A stretch of DNA of 64,000 bases. Source: Marsupella aquatica (taxonomy: Eukaryota; Plantae; Marchantiophyta). The notes beneath the pieces were generated by a model. The model was not told the origin of the DNA and did no database searches. It saw only the letters and a program-made list of their open reading frames with translations. Shown here one piece after another: positions 60,665 to 64,000 of this stretch (position 1 is its first letter; each line of letters begins with the position of its first letter). Where the stretch lies: positions 22,043,867-22,107,866 of the forward strand of contig OZ316894.1 of NCBI GenBank assembly GCA_973895155.1. Direction: 5' to 3'. The translations under genes and the position numbers were made by a program.

Positions 60665-63634
60665 TTAGGGAGAGGTCTCTTCATCTCCCTCGACCTCTGG
60701 CAGCACATAAAACTCAATATATGAGACTCTACCTCCTTGTGTCTGGGGGTTGTAGTTTGGATCAACCTGCTGTTGCTGTGTGTGGGTGGGTCGTATCGAT
60801 ATAAGATGCTGCACCTTTAAAAGACCGCTAATCCCGACTGTGATCTTACTTCCGCGATTGTCTTTCAGGATTGTGCTGGGGATATTTGCTGTGGTTGCTC
60901 GTAGATATTTGTATTTGTACCTGAAGCTCAAAAAACAGAAATCTGAACTCAATGATAGGATAAGCATGCAAATAGGGGACTTACTGGAAGACGATCTCTC
61001 AGACATGAACAGAGTCACAAACCTTCCGCCAAATTCAATCACATGACTTGTCCACTTTAATTCAGATGCAATTCATATGCGGTTAACATCGTATCAAACA
61101 GAGGAAGCAAAGCCAGCTCTATGTCGGGGCATTACTTGTATGAGACCTCTCGATCACACTGAAACGCAATAAACAGATCTGCTTGTGCATTATATAGAAA
61201 CTGGATCTGCACGCAAAGTGGCAAATCAATAAGCGCGATTGTAATGGGAATTCTTCAAACACCTTTTGGACATAAGAATGATGAGAGGCGTTAATACAAT
61301 ACCTGCAGATCGCAATAACATACAACAGAAAATTCATGTCCTCAGTAATTTCGTCTCCCCTTTACCTGAAATTGATGTAGTCATTTCCTGACTGTAAATA
61401 CAGAGGGCCTTCTAATTGCAAGAGCACGCACGTCACGACAGAAGAAGCCCAACTGACTGAAAAGTCTCCAAAACGCAAATAGACACATAAAGGGGAGAGA
61501 AGTTTATAAGACCTCCAAATCACCATGGCCTTCTCCTTTAAAAATCACTCGAGGGGGATTTGGGCACATTGTCAGTGAAATGTTTGAACCCGGCCACTCC
61601 AGATCTTCAATGGCATCCTTTAGGGCAGCCGACTGTCATTGAACAGTTTAGAGAAAATACGCAAACAAATGAGTTTGGCGAGGGACAATAGCACTATGCC
61701 CGTGCTAATGTGAGACTAGAAGTTTGATACATCAGACTACATTCTCTAACCTTCAAGCGAATACAAGGTTCGTTCCCAAATGATACGCGAGTTACTTCCA
61801 CAACTTGTAAAAGTGAGAACAGACTTTAACAGCAAAACTTGTCGGTGACAGATCACCACTGATGTCTTCAATGCTATAGTCCCGCGGTACTGTGTCAGGA
61901 TCTCGGGTCGAGATCCATGCATTTATGCAAGTATCGTGGGCATCGATCAATCTGGACAGGCAGCAAAAGGATTGTCAAAACCTCTCGGATAGATGACACA
62001 TTCATGAAGGAAGAATTTAGATGGGAACTGGTCCATCGATCCCAGTTTGCTTGCCTGAAATGCAAGGGCCCATAAAGAAGACTCTTCATATGTGCTAAAT
62101 CCCATTTTCATGCACTTTCACCAAAAGGCGCACAGAACTTTGTCCAGAACATGCAGTTAGTTATTGAATAGAGCACGCACTTGAGTAAAAGTTGCATCTC
62201 ATCAACTGGGTATCGGAGCTCCAGTGCAGTGGTTCCTGAAGAAGAGGTGAACGTATTGAGAGAGTCCACAAGTAACGCGAGACTAACTCCAAACTTTGAT
62301 CTCCCTTGAAGCTGGTAGTCATAATTCCTGAAAAGCTGCAACAACAGAAGAAATCTATCGAATTAGGTCATATTTGTATGATTAATCTCAGTCTTTCAAA
62401 CAAAGTCGATTCGAGTTTAGTGCCGAAGGCTTAGGGATACCTGTCCTTGGAACATCACAAGCATACCTTCAACGGTCAGGTTTGCCATAACTTATGCTTC
62501 TTCCACTTTCACCCAAGAGTTCTTGGAAGGAAATTTGAAGAAACGATATAAGCCCCAAAACCACTCGTTGCCACAAATGAATAATCGAACACGATGAGTC
62601 TGTCTAAGAACTCTATCCTGAACAAGGTACTCAGACTACTTTAACATACGTACTTACAAGACAGAGAAACAGTGGAAAATAAATCATCCGCATCTCGTTT
62701 TGGTTCGTTGTGACAGAGGGCACAAACCCGTTCTGTCAATGGAGTCATCCTATTTCTTTCTAATCTCCTTGCGTTTCCAGGATGAAGAATTTTCTCTAAT
62801 TTGGTCATTACCATTGAGATACGTAGGTACGGCAGAAGGGCAAGAATTTAAAATTAGTAAAATTCAAAAAGTCTAGATCAGTGACAACCGAGCACTGTGC
62901 CTGCAAATTCCATCTCCTGGAGAGTATCATCTATGATATGATAATGACCATCCTTGATATGTCTCCTTGAACGCCAGCCCCACTCAACACTTAGCAGAGG
63001 TGTGTGCAGCTAAATCCCATAGATGATGCAAAGTCAAGTAATCAATAGAAATTTCTCGACAACTCAACACAATTCAAGACCTAAGGCTTACGTCCCCACA
63101 CAGAAAATACCTCTTTTCTAAAGAAGACTCGGGCCTGCATGCAACCCCATTCTTCCACTGTGATCACAATGCCATGCTCTGAAAGCTCACACACTGCATC
63201 CTGCTCATACGTAGTGATGTATTGTCAGATGACACAGTCCACAGCTCAGGAGCATGACCGTATATTTTCTGTCCATGACATCACCAACTAGGAGCAGGCT
63301 GATTGCAAACAATCCCCAAATGTAGAGCATAGACTTATACAATTGCCAAATCGATTCTTGTGTCTGATTAGTCATGTAGCAACGATCAGGGTTCTTAAAA
63401 CCCAATTTCTCTTGAAACTTGAGCCTTGAAGCCCGACAGGTTAGCCCGGTCCTGAGAAGCTACTGGACAGGTAGTTGGGCTAAGCAAAATTGAAGAAAAA
63501 ATTTGAAGAATAATAAAAACCTGCTGTCTCTTCCAGTGCACAGACGTGAGCGCATCCACCAAACCCTGGACATTATCCAGCAAACACCTCAATTGCCCTT
63601 GCGCCCTCGGAGGTGACTCCAACTCCGAGCTCAT
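60665..63634 (-). CDS. RAD1: RAD1 subunit of the 9-1-1 checkpoint clamp, 7 exons (63521-63634, 63111-63200, 62181-62335, 61825-61951, 61513-61632, 61136-61206, 60665-60920), 310 aa
   Basis: All introns are GT-AG and phase-consistent (933 nt total). Motifs: LDNVQGLVDALTSVHWKRQQDAVCELSEHGIV, SAALKDAIEDLEWPGS, GEGHGDLE, YKYKYLRATTANIP, LLKVQHLI. Confidence 0.95.
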
Positions 63635-64000
63635 TGTCCCACACAAACATTCAGGACACCTACGTCACAGCGAGACTAACGTTCCCAGCTTCTGCAGGCT
63701 GAATTGCACTTCACACACGAAGCCCACAATTGATGTTCTGTCACTAATTACTTTGAGGCCCGTGAACAGAGATTTGCGGTAACGAAAGGGCGCTACTGCC
63801 ACGGCTTCAGGGAAGCTAGAAAGAGAATGACTCCAGCAACATCACTTGTTCTTTCACTGCTGATGTACTGCCCACTGCTTCTTGATTCCTGCTTCACTCG
63901 GAAGTACAAAAGGGTTTAAGCTCAGCGCAATACGTTTGATACCTGCTACTCAGCCTGCACTCCCAAGACGTAGCTGCAAATTTTCTTGCTTTAAGTGAGC

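Overview
Eukaryotic land-plant nuclear DNA. It has GT-AG introns and plant-type OEP16, RAD1, MPP6-like and plastid-targeted genes; a bryophyte/liverwort source is my inference. The left 28 kb is rich in mobile elements. (1) Bases 1-~10.4 kb look like the right part of a large hAT DNA transposon: a BED/DDE/dimerisation transposase with one homopolymer frameshift, GC-rich subterminal repeats, and apparent cargo. The cargo is an atypical protein kinase, a coiled-coil/RING-H2 protein, and a cluster of five pre-miRNA-like hairpins with G-U-biased mismatches, some co-variation and a repeated leader motif. A ~34-bp bipartite motif lies upstream of both the kinase and the transposase, linking them. 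(2) A two-exon fungal-type AAA+ ATPase gene is a horizontal-transfer candidate. (3) A complete 12-kb non-autonomous CACTA element has 30-bp TIRs, a TAA TSD, and 83-bp and ~570-bp tandem arrays. The right part is more ordinary: a 5'-truncated L1-type LINE with TSD and poly(A), OEP16-2, a DUF1995-like plastid protein, an MPP6-like ORF, a seven-exon RAD1, two small unknown ORFs and local duplications. The best candidate for an undescribed system is the hAT element carrying kinase + RING ligase + hairpin-RNA cluster, possibly a host-manipulation/anti-silencing module. Family assignments come from motif recognition only; no searches were run.
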